A program made the translations under genes and the position numbers. A DNA stretch of 62,858 nt, the filler included, from Sphacelaria rigidula (lineage: Eukaryota): NCBI GenBank assembly GCA_964200075.2. It is 7 parts of 7 records of this genome, joined end to end, with 100 filler letters (N's around TTAATTAATTAA, not from the genome) between each part and the next. Parts side by side here need not be neighbours in the genome. Positions count along the whole stretch, not along the records: positions 8,996 to 17,889 come from CAXNAA020009812.1; positions 17,990 to 26,883 come from CAXNAA020009813.1; 5 more parts are not named here. One strand, written 5' to 3'. The notes below the pieces were generated by a model. It had not been told where the DNA came from, ran no database searches, and saw only the letters and a list, made by a program, of their open reading frames with translations. Positions 13,241 through 25,527 of this stretch are shown here, one piece after another. Positions within the stretch are counted from its first letter, which is position 1, and each line of letters begins with the position of its first letter.

Positions 13241-14149
13241 TAATAAGGTATGAAGAAATCAAACAAAACCGAAAAACCAAATCATATACCCCGAGAAACC
13301 CAGAGAAAAACAAGAAAAAGAGACTTCAGGGCGGAAAACAGACCCGTCACCTGTATCCCATATAAAAAAAATGCTATTCAGACCTAGGTTTATGGAACGG
13401 AGCTTGCCGCGCTTCTCATGCCGTAGCTGGACAGTACAGCACAGTATCGCGCTGGGTGCCAGTCTCTCGACGTTCGACGCCGTGGCCTCCTCTTTAGCTA
13501 GCGGGGTCTATATAGTCTGACGAGGTCACCGCCGCGGCTCCAATTTCGGCGAGTTATAGACTCTGGTCAACATTGCTACCCAGGTTAGGTACACAAGTGC
13601 AGTCGAAAAGATGCGCAGTAGGCGTATTTACGTCTGACTGATGGATCGTGGGTCTGCGAGTATGATTGGTGGATTCAGTGAGTATTTCATGTCGATTGTT
13701 CAGAGGTGCTTGCTCACTCTGTGGGAGAGAAGCTGGGATGCTGCTGTCCGGTACAATTAACAGCTGAGATCTAAGGTAAATGTATGAAGAGCGACGGCTG
13801 GTGAGGTCTACGTGCCCTAGAATGGGAGGAGTCCATGCAGCTGTCTAGTCTTGAGGGCATAACTTTGAAGAGTTCATCCTGGCAAAAGTGATGCCGTCCT
13901 CCATGTGCGGGCCACAAACGAGAGCTTGCTGCATCGAGAGCCGGCCATTCGGAGGCCCGCCATCGCTGACGCAATGACAGCCACAGCTCGCGACGAAGCT
14001 AGGATCGAAGTGGTCGAGAGAGGGTCCCGCTTTGTAGCCGACTGGGGATGAGTGTGGGGATCGGGATTTTCACGGAAATTGATGTACCTCTGCATTCTTC
14101 TAGTACGGGGGAACATTGTTGACAGGGATGGATGCATGAAAGGACGTAA

Positions 14150-15240
14150 CTCGAGCATTTTGAGGTCGATTTCAACAAAAGATAGCTCGGATAAACCGCA
14201 AGGTCCACGCGAACAATGGACAGCAACAAAATATAAAAAATAAAATGCACACAAAAAGTTAAGGCCCATTCCGTGAAATTTTCCTGAAATTTTCCTGTTG
14301 GTTTTCCTCCAATCATGGATTAAGGGTTGGGATATGGCATGCCATATCTCCGGTGTGTTGACGTCAAATTCAACAAACGATAGCTCGGATGAACCGCAAG
14401 GTCCACGCGAACGATGGCCAGCAACAAAAATTAAAAAAATACAACGCAAACAAGAAGGTAAGACCCACTTCGTGAAAGGTTCCAGTCGGTGCCCCTCCGA
14501 TCATGGATCAGGTGTTGAAATACGACATGTTATATCTACGGCGTGTTGAACGTCAAATTCGGCAAACGATAGCTAAGGATGAACCGCAAGGTCCACGCGA
14601 TCAACACTCATTAATTCAAAAGCAAGAGAAAAAATGTACACAAGAAGGTAAGGCCACTTGTTATAGACTGAAAAAAAATCTCTCCGAGAAACTGCCCTTT
14701 TGAACCTTTCATCCCGGATTATTGGCGGAATACGGGCCTTGACGGATTTGGCCTCCTCGGAAAGATTTGCTATATTTTTCACGAGGATTCCAGCGAGCGT
14801 GTCTGATCTTTCGCACTTCCAGTTTCACTCTTGACCAGATTCTGGATTTTTCAGTTGCCGCGAAAATCTTCCAGTTGTAGGGGGAAACACGTACTTTTTC
14901 CCGACAACTCGAAGTTTTTTTAGGGTGTCAGAAAAAATCCAGAATCCGGCCAAGAGTAAAGTGGGAGTACAAAGGATCGGACAAGCGCGCTGTCATCCTC
15001 GTGAGAAATAGGGCAAATCTTTCCGAGGAAGTCGTATCCGCCAAGGCCCGTATTCCGCCAATAATCCGTGATGAAAGGTTCAGAAGGGCAGTTCTCAGAG
15101 ATTTTTTTTTCAGTCTATAAGAAGAGGCCTGAGGCTCATTTTGTGAATTATTTCAGTCGGTGCCCCTCCGATCGTGGATCAGGGGTTGGAGATAAGGCAT
15201 GCCGTATCTCCGGCGTGTTGACATCAAATTCAACAACGGT
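14150..15240. repeat. ~190-bp tandem repeat (3+ units) interrupted by a MITE
   Basis: gatagct..gat.aaccgcaaggtccacgcga recurs at ~14181, 14379 and 14569. The third unit resumes after 15120. Confidence 0.8.
14666..15115. mobile_element. Foldback MITE with ~190-bp arms, TA/TATA-flanked
   Basis: tata|GACTGAAAAAAAATCTCT...AGAGATTTTTTTTCAGTC|tata; the arms include ggattattggcggaatacgggccttg. Confidence 0.85.
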
Positions 15241-15399
15241 TGCCTTGTCTGCAGCAACGGCTTCCTCCTCTGCAGTCACGGTTTCTTCACGTCTTTCTAT
15301 CTCCTTCCTCTTGATGTACGCGTGTGACTTGTCTCTTCTCGCCACTTTTGGAGCAGTGCCAGGAGGCGCTGCTGTTTTCCTACCTTTCTTGCGGGGCAT
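15148..15399 (-). pseudogene. Basic N-terminal ORF fragment (MPRKKGRKTAAPPGT...) running into the 190-bp repeat; probably TE-derived
   Basis: ATG start, NLS-like and charged helical stretch; lies antisense inside an intron. Confidence 0.3.
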
Positions 15400-16169
15400 A
15401 GCTGCGGGGTACGCTGTGATGTGAAGACCCCCACTTCAGTTGGGCATATCTCGAGCGCATTTTCAAATGTTGAAAAACGGTTTCAAAAGCTCCCTCGGTC
15501 ATATTCCAAGGTTTTCGTCGATATGTCGCGTGCGTGTTTCTTGAGGGATGTGGGGACGGCGTTTCTCCCCCTGTACAAAAAACAGTGCTGTTATAATCAC
15601 ATTACCTCTTTAATGTTTCACGATACGCCTGAGGACGGAAGCACCATCGTTGGAAAGCCACAACAGGTGCCAGCTTTCGTACGGTGTGCCCAATGCATAC
15701 ATATCGCTACACATGTCACCCTGTTGGTTTTGTCTGAAAACTGCACATGAAAATATCGTGTGGACGGGTATAACTAGAATCATCATTCTCACATTTTTTC
15801 TCGAACGTTTGTCTCTGCGCGTTTTTGTTCCTCCTTACAATGTTCCTCCGTAATATCGGTTGTTGATTCTTCCTCGGCCTGTGGTCTTGCGGTATTACCC
15901 ATTGTTTTCTTCGGGTACATGTACCAGTTCACGCCATGAATCCAGTCACATCATGTCCAGTTCCTCCGCATATCACCACCACACAGTTTCCGAACCTTAC
16001 ACCGGGGATGCAGTCTTGAGGTCCTAGCAGAACCCAAACCCATCCAAACCGAGGTGTGGAACCTGGGTCCAGTTATTGAGTTCTCCCCGAAAGTCACCAC
16101 AGCTGGGAATATGGGTAATCTTGTTTTTGTTTGCCTGGTACTCCGGGTGCATTGCTCGTGCTGTTGCAG

Positions 16170-16265
16170 CTTCAGCTGTGGAATGGATTGAAGGCTAGAG
16201 TGGCGGAAGTCACGGAGACAGACTTCGAGCTGGACTGGAATCCAATGGGCGCCGGCACTTCTTTG
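16170..16265 (+). CDS. FKBP-MsrA fusion, exon 3 (LQLWNGLKARVAEVTETDFELDWNPMGAGTSL)
   Basis: ttgcag acceptor, gtatgt donor, 96 nt. Corresponds to the SlyD motif V.EV....V.VD.NHPLAG..L. Confidence 0.88.
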
Positions 16266-16758
16266 GTATGTCCCATTATCGCGGCTGTTTACAATACTGA
16301 GTCATCCTACAATGAGGGGGGAGGGGGGAGGGTGCCTTGGGCTATTTTCCGCCAGAGGAGAAGTGAGACGAATTTTTAGGGTCTAGACTGCCGTCTCGAT
16401 GGAGTGACGAGCTAAGTTGGATAAAAGTCGACGGATTGTGGCGGTGCTGTCCAGTGCTGGAGAATGAATTGCACGACTGGTACATTTCGGGAAGATGACT
16501 CAATGATCCCTGTGACACTACGAACTTCATGGCGAGGGGGCGTCGCACTCATGACGGAGAAAAGAAGAAGAAAAAAGGGTGAAAAGGAAGAAAAAAATAG
16601 CAAAAAGAGAGGGAGGGAGAGAGAGAGGTAATGGTGTACACGTCCCTCGAAGTTGATATGCTGGCGCGATTATTTTGAGGAGTGCATTGTCAAATTTGTG
16701 AGCGCTCTCGTGTTTTTCGCCCCCGTTTTTCTCTCCCTGTGACTGAAAAAAAAAACAG

Positions 16759-16887
16759 CTGATGGACGTTAAGGTAATAGATGCGGCCAACGCGGACACG
16801 GTCTCCAAGAAGGCCACGTTTGCCGGCGGTTGCTTCTGGGGACTGGAGCTCGCCTTTCAGCGCGCGAAGGGGGTAGTTTCCACCAAG
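16759..16887 (+). CDS. msrA: FKBP-MsrA fusion, exon 4: last FKBP strand plus start of methionine sulfoxide reductase A (ATFAGGCFWGLELAFQRAKGVVSTK); 3' exons not found
   Basis: aacag acceptor, gtcagt donor, 129 nt; canonical GCFWG active-site motif. Confidence 0.92.
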
Positions 16888-17303
16888 GTCAGTAGTGCCA
16901 CCTCATGTGCGTGTGGTTTATTTTACCGACTTCTTCGAAACAACCATCTATGCCGCAATTTTTGCTCTCGCGAGTTGAGCATTTGCCGTGCACTGCACAG
17001 CAACCTCAGAGGCGTTCTTTTGGTGTGTATATGTGTGTCCGCGTTTTTTTTTGCATTCGTGCATGCGTAACGTAGATCACGGTGAGTATCACCCCTCCCC
17101 CTCCCGGTGATGGCTGTTTCAACTTCGATTTTCTCGGCAGCGAGTAGGTTTTTAGTGGGTGTAGAGGTTCAACCAACAAGAACGTGAAATTAGACGAAAA
17201 GTAGGCCGGCCTCTTCTACGTAAGAAGCCGGCGTTGCAAAAGCCATGCCGCTGGTTCTCCTCTGTCTTCGTCTCTCTGTCTGTCTTCGTCTCTATCTTCG
17301 TCC

Positions 17304-17392
17304 ATGTATCTGTACCTGTACCTGTACCTGTACCTATACCTGTACCTGTACCTGTACCTGTACCTGTACCTGTACCTGTATCTGTATCTGTT
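17304..17392. repeat. (TGTACC)n microsatellite followed by a CT-rich tract
   Basis: Read directly. Confidence 0.95.
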
Positions 17393-17889
17393 TCCGTTTG
17401 TCTCTCCGTCTCTCTCTGTCTCTCTTTGTCTCTCTCTCTTGTCCTCCCTCGCGTGGACGGCTATGTACAACTGCTTTGCAAAGCCATTCCTACTTGAAAG
17501 AAGCTTTTATCGGAAAGGCCAAACTCGTCGGAAGAATAGACGAGAACGAACAAAAACATGCCACACACCACGATCAAACAGTTGTTCACCGGGCGAAAAC
17601 CCCCTACAGCAAAGACCCTGTGCTGCTATATCTTCAGTACATCATCGCGACTCGCCGAATTGAAGGTACATTTATGTATATTGTACCCCTTCAACCCCAA
17701 AAAGCATGGGTATCTTCGTTGTTCTTGAGCGGGTCTAGATTAAACGTCGGACTGTTTTACTGTTTTTTCATTCTGCTTTCTCGTCATTCTGTCATCTCCA
17801 CCCCCGCCCCCCCGCCCGCGATGGTAGTCGAGCTAGATCATGTTGTGCGGCGTGGGAGAACCTCAACTCCGCGCAATGAGGGTGATCGT

Positions 17890-17989
17890 NNNNNNNNNNN
17901 NNNNNNNNNNNNNNNNNNNNNNNNNNNNNNNNNTTAATTAATTAANNNNNNNNNNNNNNNNNNNNNNNNNNNNNNNNNNNNNNNNNNNN
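17890..17989. other. Artificial contig-joining spacer
   Basis: N44-TTAATTAATTAA-N44. Confidence 0.98.
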
Positions 17990-19640
17990 ACAAAGATTTT
18001 AATCCTCCGGGTTCTCATCCTCAATGAAAAGCACCATCCTCAACATAGATGATCGGCTGGTCTGACCTAAAGTCATATAATTTTTTTCACACGGATGACC
18101 TCATGCCCCCCGGTTTTCCTGGAACTAGTTTCGGGAGTTCCCGTCTTCCGCTCCCCCAAAAGTTATGTGCAAAAGGACCACGCTCGGGCAACAAACCCCC
18201 CCCCCCCCTTTCACCCCGAAATCGGTGTAAAGAGGTGCTTTCGCACATACCCTTCGGAATACGGGATCTTACAAATTGGGGATGGATCTTTTATTGGGGA
18301 TGTGAAACCCGGAGAATTAAAATCTTCGCATCCACACCAAACCTTCGAATTGTGGTTCCATTTTTTCACCTACTAAATAGCTATTGACAACTGCTACACT
18401 TCCTACAAATTTAGATCTCGATAACCGAAATATTGGGGTCCTAGATAAAACCAAATTTGGGGAATTTACGGTGTCCGAGCGGACGCCGAAATGGTTCCGA
18501 AATTGTTTTTTCCCCTAGGACCCCAACGTTACGGTGATCGAAATCAAAATTCATATGGCGTGTAGCAGTTGTCAGTAGCCATCAGTAGGTGAAAAAATGG
18601 AACCATATTTCGAAGGTCTGGTGTAGATACGAAGATTTTAATTCTCCGGGTTTCTCATCCCCAAGAAAAGATCCATCCCCTATTTGTAAGATCCCGTGTT
18701 TTGGGGGAACAGAAGACGGGAAGCTCTCGAAAATATATTCAAGGAGGTCGGGGGGCACGAGGTCGTCCATGTGAAATTTATTGGTCATGACAAAGTCAGG
18801 GAGAGCACTGCTTTGCAACTGAGCTTAGTTTTGATGTTCAAGGTTTCGTGGAAAATCTCTTCAAATTGACGTTCATTTGGACGACCTCGTGGTCCCTGAC
18901 CTCCGTGAAACCTGTTTTGGGGGTTCCCCGGCTTCCGTCCCCCTAAAACTTATATGCAAGAGCACCTTCATGCCTCGATTTCGGGGTGAAAAATGCAACG
19001 CTTCTCGTCGGAAAATGGTGGTTTCGCAGAACATACCCTTTGGGGGCACGGTAGACACGAAACCCCGAAGAACAGCTAACAGTGGATTCTCGAAAATGAG
19101 GTTGAAAACACAAATGAGGTTCAACTCAAAAGCAGTGTTTTCCTTGTCCTAATTTCACGACAAATGACCTTCATATGGACGACGCCATCCCTCCAGGTCT
19201 GCCTAAAACTATTTTGGGGGATTTCTAGCCTTTCGTTCACTCAAAGGGTGTGCGAGAAAGCACGATTTTGGGGTAAAAAAGCGTCCTTTCTAACCCCGAA
19301 ATCGAGGCAAAACTGTGCTTTCGCACATACCCTTTGAGGAAGGATAAACGGAAGGCTAGAAGCCTCCCGAAATAATTATATGGAGAGGTCGGGAGACATG
19401 CCGTCGTCCGTATGAAAGTCATTTGTGATTATTTTAGGTCAGGGAAAGCACGGCACTTGAGTTGAACCTCATTCGTTTTTCAACCTCATTTTCGAGAACC
19501 CACTGGTAGTTCTAGGGAGGTCTGAGGGCATGAGGCGTCCATATGAAGGTCATTTGTCACGATCTTAGGTAAGGGAAAGCACTATTTTGGAGTTGAACCT
19601 CATGTGAATGCTCAACCTCATTTCTCCGGATCCTTACATC
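17990..19640. mobile_element. Cluster of nested foldback MITEs (CAG...CTG-ended families)
   Basis: Inverted arms at ~18262-18460 and 18505-18696. Complete hairpin element 19080-19505 (CAGTGGATTCTCGAAAATGAGGTTGAAA TIR). Relatives at 1-96, 26740-26883, 36732-36986, 41155-41420 and 62086-62512. Confidence 0.8.
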
Positions 19641-20651
19641 TGTAGAGTAATATTCCCCGATGTTGACGCCACCCTTCTCAACACGTCTGTAAGGGCTCAC
19701 ACAGAGGTGTGAATATAGTCATGTATTCGCTATACAACGTATTAATGGATCACACAGAGAGGGCTTTCGTAGGGTACGCAGGGAACAGTGGACCTGCAGA
19801 GAAGGGTTTTTTGTGGGGGTATGCAGTATGTGGTCTACTACAGAGTGGGTGACACAATCCTGCAGGTCGAAGAAACATTCGTCAAGGGTATAGTGTGGTG
19901 GGGCCAGTGTGTGGGTAACATTTTCCACGATAAAACATTTTGAGGCTTCAAATGCCGTAAAGTCAACAGTAGCCGTGGAAGCAGAAAGTTGAGCTTGACT
20001 CTTCTCATCACTTTGATTTCAGTCCTAGACCGAACCTATTACATATCATCAGCTGTGTACTTTACAGTCCCCCTCCCCCTTGTAATAAAGAGCTAGTAGT
20101 GGTAGTATAATGCAAGGACACAGCTTGCAACCCAAGGCACAAGCTTAGTAGGCAAGTGCACAACTGTCACGCTGCAACGGCTTGCAGATAGATGCTGCAC
20201 ACAGGCTCAGCACTAAATGTCAGACAAGTGTTTCACGCGATGGTCCTTTAAACTTCTTCTTGATTGCCTTGATTCTAACTCCAGTATCCAATCAATCAAT
20301 CAACCCAAACCAGCCAATACGTCTCACTGATGATTATACTTCTTTTTGCTGGCTAGCGGAAGAGGGGCAGTTGACAAGGCCAAGGATGGGGGAGCTTTGG
20401 TCGTGGGGACAGCGACCAAATCAGTATCATCCTTGTGATTATACAGGTTTTCATTCGTACCCGACCAACTCTGAACCGACCTGCAGCCTTGTCTACCGAA
20501 ACAAAAGCAAGCCATAGCCAGAGTCGACAACGGGGCTGAAGCGGCATCAACAGGCTAATGTGCGTCTTCATGACACCCCCGTGCGCGCCCCCAACCTCCC
20601 CATCAGTCGTTCCCTTCTTTGTTGGCCATATGGAGAGCATTTAAACGTTGG

Positions 20652-20899
20652 ACACTTTCTACGATACCCCCCCCAAAAAACCAGCTAAAAGTGTCACGAA
20701 AAACATGACCATACAGCGCCTGATGTCCGGGTTCAGGCTGCACGAAGCGCCTCATATTGGCAACATTGATTAGAACGAACCCAACCGTGGGATTAACCAG
20801 CTTCTCGTTGTGCTCGGCTTTTCCCATTTCGATTTACGTGAATATTTTGCCTCCCAAAACCATGCACTGTTGGGGGGGGGCTATTATTGTAGAAAGTGT
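20652..20899. mobile_element. Small MITE
   Basis: Ends acactttctacgata...tattgtagaaagtgt; related copy in reverse orientation at ~44278-44445. Confidence 0.55.
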
Positions 20900-21311
20900 C
20901 GTTGTTTGGCTGAAAATCACTAATTATTTAGAGCCATAAAAGTGGTAGTACGAAGCCTCTGCAAGTCGCTGGATGAGTTGGAGAAGTGATGCAGCCTACA
21001 TGAATTCTCGCGAGGTAGACTGAGTGATATGTTTCCCTACAACATATCTATAGAGTACGAGACAGACTGCAGGCAATTCCCACACCCAGCCGCCCCACTT
21101 GTTTTCGCGGACCACACTAGTTCGATAGCCCTGACTCGCGATTAACACGACCCAATATCTTCAAAACGGGTTTGTACGCTCAAATGTTCGGGAAGAGATG
21201 TTGCCTGCTTTGGGTCCCTGAATTAGTGTCTACTATTATTGTCACTTCGTGACCCGGTGATGTTAGCCGGCGTTCAATGGAGAAATTGGCAAAGCCAGAT
21301 AGGTACTCCGC

Positions 21312-21522
21312 TGTAATGCGTGAGAGGACCGCGTGCTTTGAGGACCGCATCGGGATTTGAACATCCCTATGGTAAGTGTTAGCGTTAGGGTTAGTGTTAG
21401 GGTTATGGTCAGGGGCGTGGTACTTGCAGGGACTGGTCCGATTGGTTTTGAAAAGCGTCGATTCTGGGGTGCTTTGAACTACGGCGCGGTCCTCTAAGCA
21501 CGCGGTCCTCTCACGCATTACA
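21312..21522 (+). mobile_element. 211-bp TGT...ACA MITE with telomere-like core, copy 1
   Basis: 37-bp TIR TGTAATGCGTGAGAGGACCGCGTGCTT(A/T)GAGGACCGC; TSD CCGC on both sides. Confidence 0.92.
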
Positions 21523-21657
21523 CCGCTACAATAATAGGTGACGAGCTTATTTGAGCACTCTTATGGGTTTCTCGAGCTCGAGCCTGGCTGGCTGGCCATG
21601 GTGTACGATCTCCTGGTTCGAATCTGCCGGCTTCCGATGCCGTAGATTGGCCCTATA

Positions 21658-21990
21658 CACACGCGACCATTTGGCTACCTCCGAAATTCCCCCAGGTGGG
21701 TATACTTTTCGAGTCTCCAGACGGATTCAACGTCCCCGGGGGGGTGGGCGGCCCTCCGGAGGAGACTTTTTGGTTCCCTCAAGAGCAATTAAACGCCCTC
21801 GGAGGCTTATTTTTGCCTCTGGAGGGCCGCACACTCCCCTAAATTCCTCCGGAGGGGTGCGCGGCTCTCCGGGTCGGTAGAGTGTGGTTTCCTCCAGAGG
21901 GGTTGAAGGCCTCCGGAGGCTTGTTTTCCCCCTGGGGGGCCACGCATCCCTCCAGAGGCATTTTGGGATGCAGCCAAATGGCCGCGTGTG
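21658..21990. mobile_element. TA-flanked CAC...GTG MITE rich in CCTCCGGAGG palindromes
   Basis: ta|CACACGCGACCATTTGGCTA...CAGCCAAATGGCCGCGTGTG|ta. Confidence 0.8.
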
Positions 21991-23678
21991 TAAGATAACC
22001 ACTGGAAATATCATTTGATCAACGAACGCCGTGGTGAAACATGATAACACTAGCCATTCAGGTGTTGGGGACCTCGGCATTCACGTCAGGTTGTCATCGG
22101 AGGTGGTGCTGCCAACGGGGATTTGTTCGGTGACATTTTTGGCTCACGCTCAGATAACCAGTGTTGAAGGTCAGCTAGAGTTACTGTTGCGAACGGATGT
22201 CTGATGCTGAAAAAATGTCATCATAGGGCGTCAAGGGTGCTTGAGGTTTCATGTACTCAATGTAGTGGTATCCATCATGAAGCACGTTAGACTCTTCGGG
22301 AATCACAATCATATTATGTTGATCGTATGTTGTCGTCCACTGTGTGTACCAGTACGTCTATACTGTAGGTAGTTTTGAGTTCCGAAGTGTTCTAATCTAT
22401 TTTGAGTATACGAAGCGCTCTTTTCAGATAACAGGTCTGCGTAAACTAGTGCGGAAGCTGGGCGCACCTCATACCCAAAGCTGGTCCGCTGCGTGCACGA
22501 ACAGCGGAGTGCCCGTACCCCAGACCCTTCAGGCAACATGCTTGCATTTCCGCTGCATGGGTGAAGCAAGATTTCTATTATTACCAGGCGGGAGAGTATA
22601 CCCCGGATAAAAATAAAATATACAAATCAATAGTGATCCGCATAAACGTCGGTGGTGGAAAGGTGAGTAACCTGTTTCTCTTGCTCAGGGAAGTACATTT
22701 TCACGATTATTGGCGCACCATCGCATACATTCGGCGCCGAATGTGCGTACCAATCACCGGCGAACTAGAATTTTCGGGCCATTCATGTGTTCTGCACGAC
22801 CTGGACAACACGAGTGCAGAACACGACAGCTGTTGTGGATTTATGACGGCTTCCCTTTTGTTTCAGGGGATATTGCATGTTTGCGAACACTCGTCTGCTA
22901 CAACTGACGGGCACCAGGAACGAGCTCTGACGTCTCCCAGTGTGTGACATCCACGGACTAGGCTATTCTGTCATCGTGCGACGAGAATACAGGTGAGAGC
23001 TTGAGTGTGTATATCAGGGCACAACTCAGGGGTCGGCTAGTAGCTCGCAGGTTTAGCGGTTCGTTCTCTTGCTTGTAGAGCTCATGTGTTCTCTGTTCAG
23101 CCATCATGTTTGAGCGTTGCAGTCGCTTGTATCCGATTGCGTAGATGATGAGCTGCATATGTATGTGTATGTATGTATGTATATATTAATGTGTGTGTGC
23201 GTAGCACACCCAGGGACATTACTAGCCATATGATCGGTGATATCCACATACACACACACTAAAGATGCTGGCACGCACGATGCACAAGAAGAGACCATCG
23301 CACAGCTAGAACTTCCGGTAATCTAGGGCAATAGTTGTCAAAACTTCCTTCTTCGATTTGCATACACGTGGCAGCATGCGCGGAAAACCTGCGGGGAAAA
23401 CCTGTGTTCTTATCGCACTCATTTCCACTCAACAAAAGAGGGAAAGTTTCATGCTACGTAGAATTGCGTGTTGAATTGCGTGGGCCTAAACAACTTACTT
23501 CGATAAACGTACAGCGGAGTTCTTATGGAATCAACTGCTCACCCCCGCGAACTAGTCCCTCTGTCTGTAAGCCGTCGAGGTCTTTTTCCGCGACCAGTTC
23601 GATCTACGGTGGCAGGAGATGGACACCCATCGCAGCGCCGTCAATCCCCTACAAGAGATATTCCTGCTGTCGACCACG

Positions 23679-23889
23679 TGTAATGCGTGAGAAGACCGTG
23701 TGCTTAGAGGACCGCGCCGTAGTTCAAAATACCTCAGGATTGACGTTTTTCAAAACAAATCGGGTCAGTCCCTGCAGGTACCACACCCCTGACCCTAACC
23801 CCAACACTAACCCTGACCCTAACCCTAACCACAGGGATGTTCAAATTCCGATGCGGTCCTCTAAGCACGCGGTCCTCTCACGCATCACA
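23679..23889 (-). mobile_element. 211-bp TGT...ACA MITE, copy 2
   Basis: Same TIR; TSD CACG; CCCTAA-type core. Confidence 0.92.
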
Positions 23890-24259
23890 CACGTTTAACC
23901 AAGATAGGACTGTCGAATGCTTGGTCGGGGCAGTGGACTCTTCTCGCCAGCTGATGTATACCGTTGTGGGCGCAGCAAACCACATTGTGGCGGCCCCTAC
24001 ACTAACCGACCCAGTTCCACGCTTTGGGATGAGCTCTACCGATTCAAAGCCCCTTCCGCAACTCATCCTAATACAATAATTCGTCACATGATAGCTACAC
24101 GAAGAGAGGTACTAAAGGTGCCCGCAGTTGTACCTACATGACTGCTTGAATCTTGGAACACATGTCAAACATCGGCGGAGTTACGATATTCCCCCCGAAT
24201 TTCAGTGGATGATTTCTGCATTCTGATGTTGGCTATCCTCCATGCCTGAGTATGCCATC

Positions 24260-24482
24260 TGTAATGCGTGAGAGGACCGCGTGCTCAGAGGACCGCATCG
24301 GAATTTGAACATCCGCATGGTTAGGGTTAGGGTTAGGGTTAGGGTTAGGGTTAGTGTTGGGGTTATGGTCAGGGGCGTGGTACCTCCAGGGACTGAACCG
24401 ATCGGTTCTGAAAAACGTTGATCCTGAGGTGTCTTGAACTACGGTGCGGTCCTCTAAGCACGCGGTCCACTCACGCATAATT
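24260..24482 (+). mobile_element. TGT...ACA MITE, copy 3, with expanded (TTAGGG)5
   Basis: Same TIR; five perfect TTAGGG at 24321-24350; right end degraded and no TSD. Confidence 0.88.
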
Positions 24483-25527
24483 ATAGGTGGCAATTGGCGT
24501 GTGCACCCCAAAAGAGGAGTTGATCATGATACCTATCATCAAAACCCTAGAACACGCCTGTCGTGCGTTAAGCGGCACACAATTTCAACGTATATTCTCG
24601 CACCAGGTGAAAAACCTCTGTGCATTAGAGAAAGAAGTCTGCAGATGATCTCACTAGCCGTGGTCGCTGGTTACAGCACATACTAAACTATCGATGGCAA
24701 GCACGTTGTTCGAAGTTCAACTTGCGCGCTAGGAATCGAAGGCGTTCCCGATGAACCCATCATCAGCTGGCACTACTCCAGCGGCTTTGTTCGGGGGTCA
24801 GCTTGAGCGCCGCACTGCCGCCGTTGCGTATCGTTCGTGTGCCGGTATGCCTTAGTTCAATCCCGTCATCGGCTTCAGAGTATGTTGCGCGCTGTTGCGT
24901 CACGAAACGGTGGGCACCTAACGAGGAGCTTATCAATAGAAATTTGTCACAGTCCGTGCAGAAACACGAATAATTGTTTTCTCTCTTGAATGCGACTGCT
25001 CTTGCACCCCGCCCACACCTTCGTATCTCAGCAGCACGAAAAAGGGGCTCAGATTGAAGCCCTAGAACATGGATGCTAGATCATCATCCCGGTGTAGAAT
25101 ATTTTTCGCCTATCGGCGAGTCGCAGGTGACCTCGAGCCCTATAGTGCTATTCTACTGAAGGCGCCCGGTACCAAGAAAAAGATTACTGAGAAATCAAGC
25201 GCGGGGTTTAAAAAAAAAAGGAACATGGGCTAGGGAGACCCGAAGTATGTCACAAGAGAAGAAACAAAAAAAAGAAGCATGCTTGTTCTAGCTGCAAGCA
25301 CATAAATCAGAAATGGTACCGCTGTTTCACTCGACGGAGTTATGATACCAATCAAGACGAAGTTGTGTGACATACACCATCGTGCTCCAACTTGCTGTGT
25401 ACGAGCAGAACAACAGCAGCAGCAAAGCGTACGCGCACAAGTCAAGCCTGTTGAAGGTCATACTGTACATACAACATACCTCCGCTGCGTAGTGTGTGGA
25501 AAGTCGTGTAATGGAGCTACAGTATAT

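Noticed and set aside
17216-17937. YRYR, PVPV, CTCT and LYLY repeat proteins
   Set aside because: These are translations of a (TGTACC)n microsatellite.
21180-21518. Recurrent peptide family MRERTACLEDR...NPNPNP
   Set aside because: It is the 211-bp MITE read through (NP = AACCCT); the flanks are unrelated and there is no evidence of coding constraint.
24321-24350. Chromosome end/telomere
   Set aside because: Only five units, internal to a TIR element in mid-contig.
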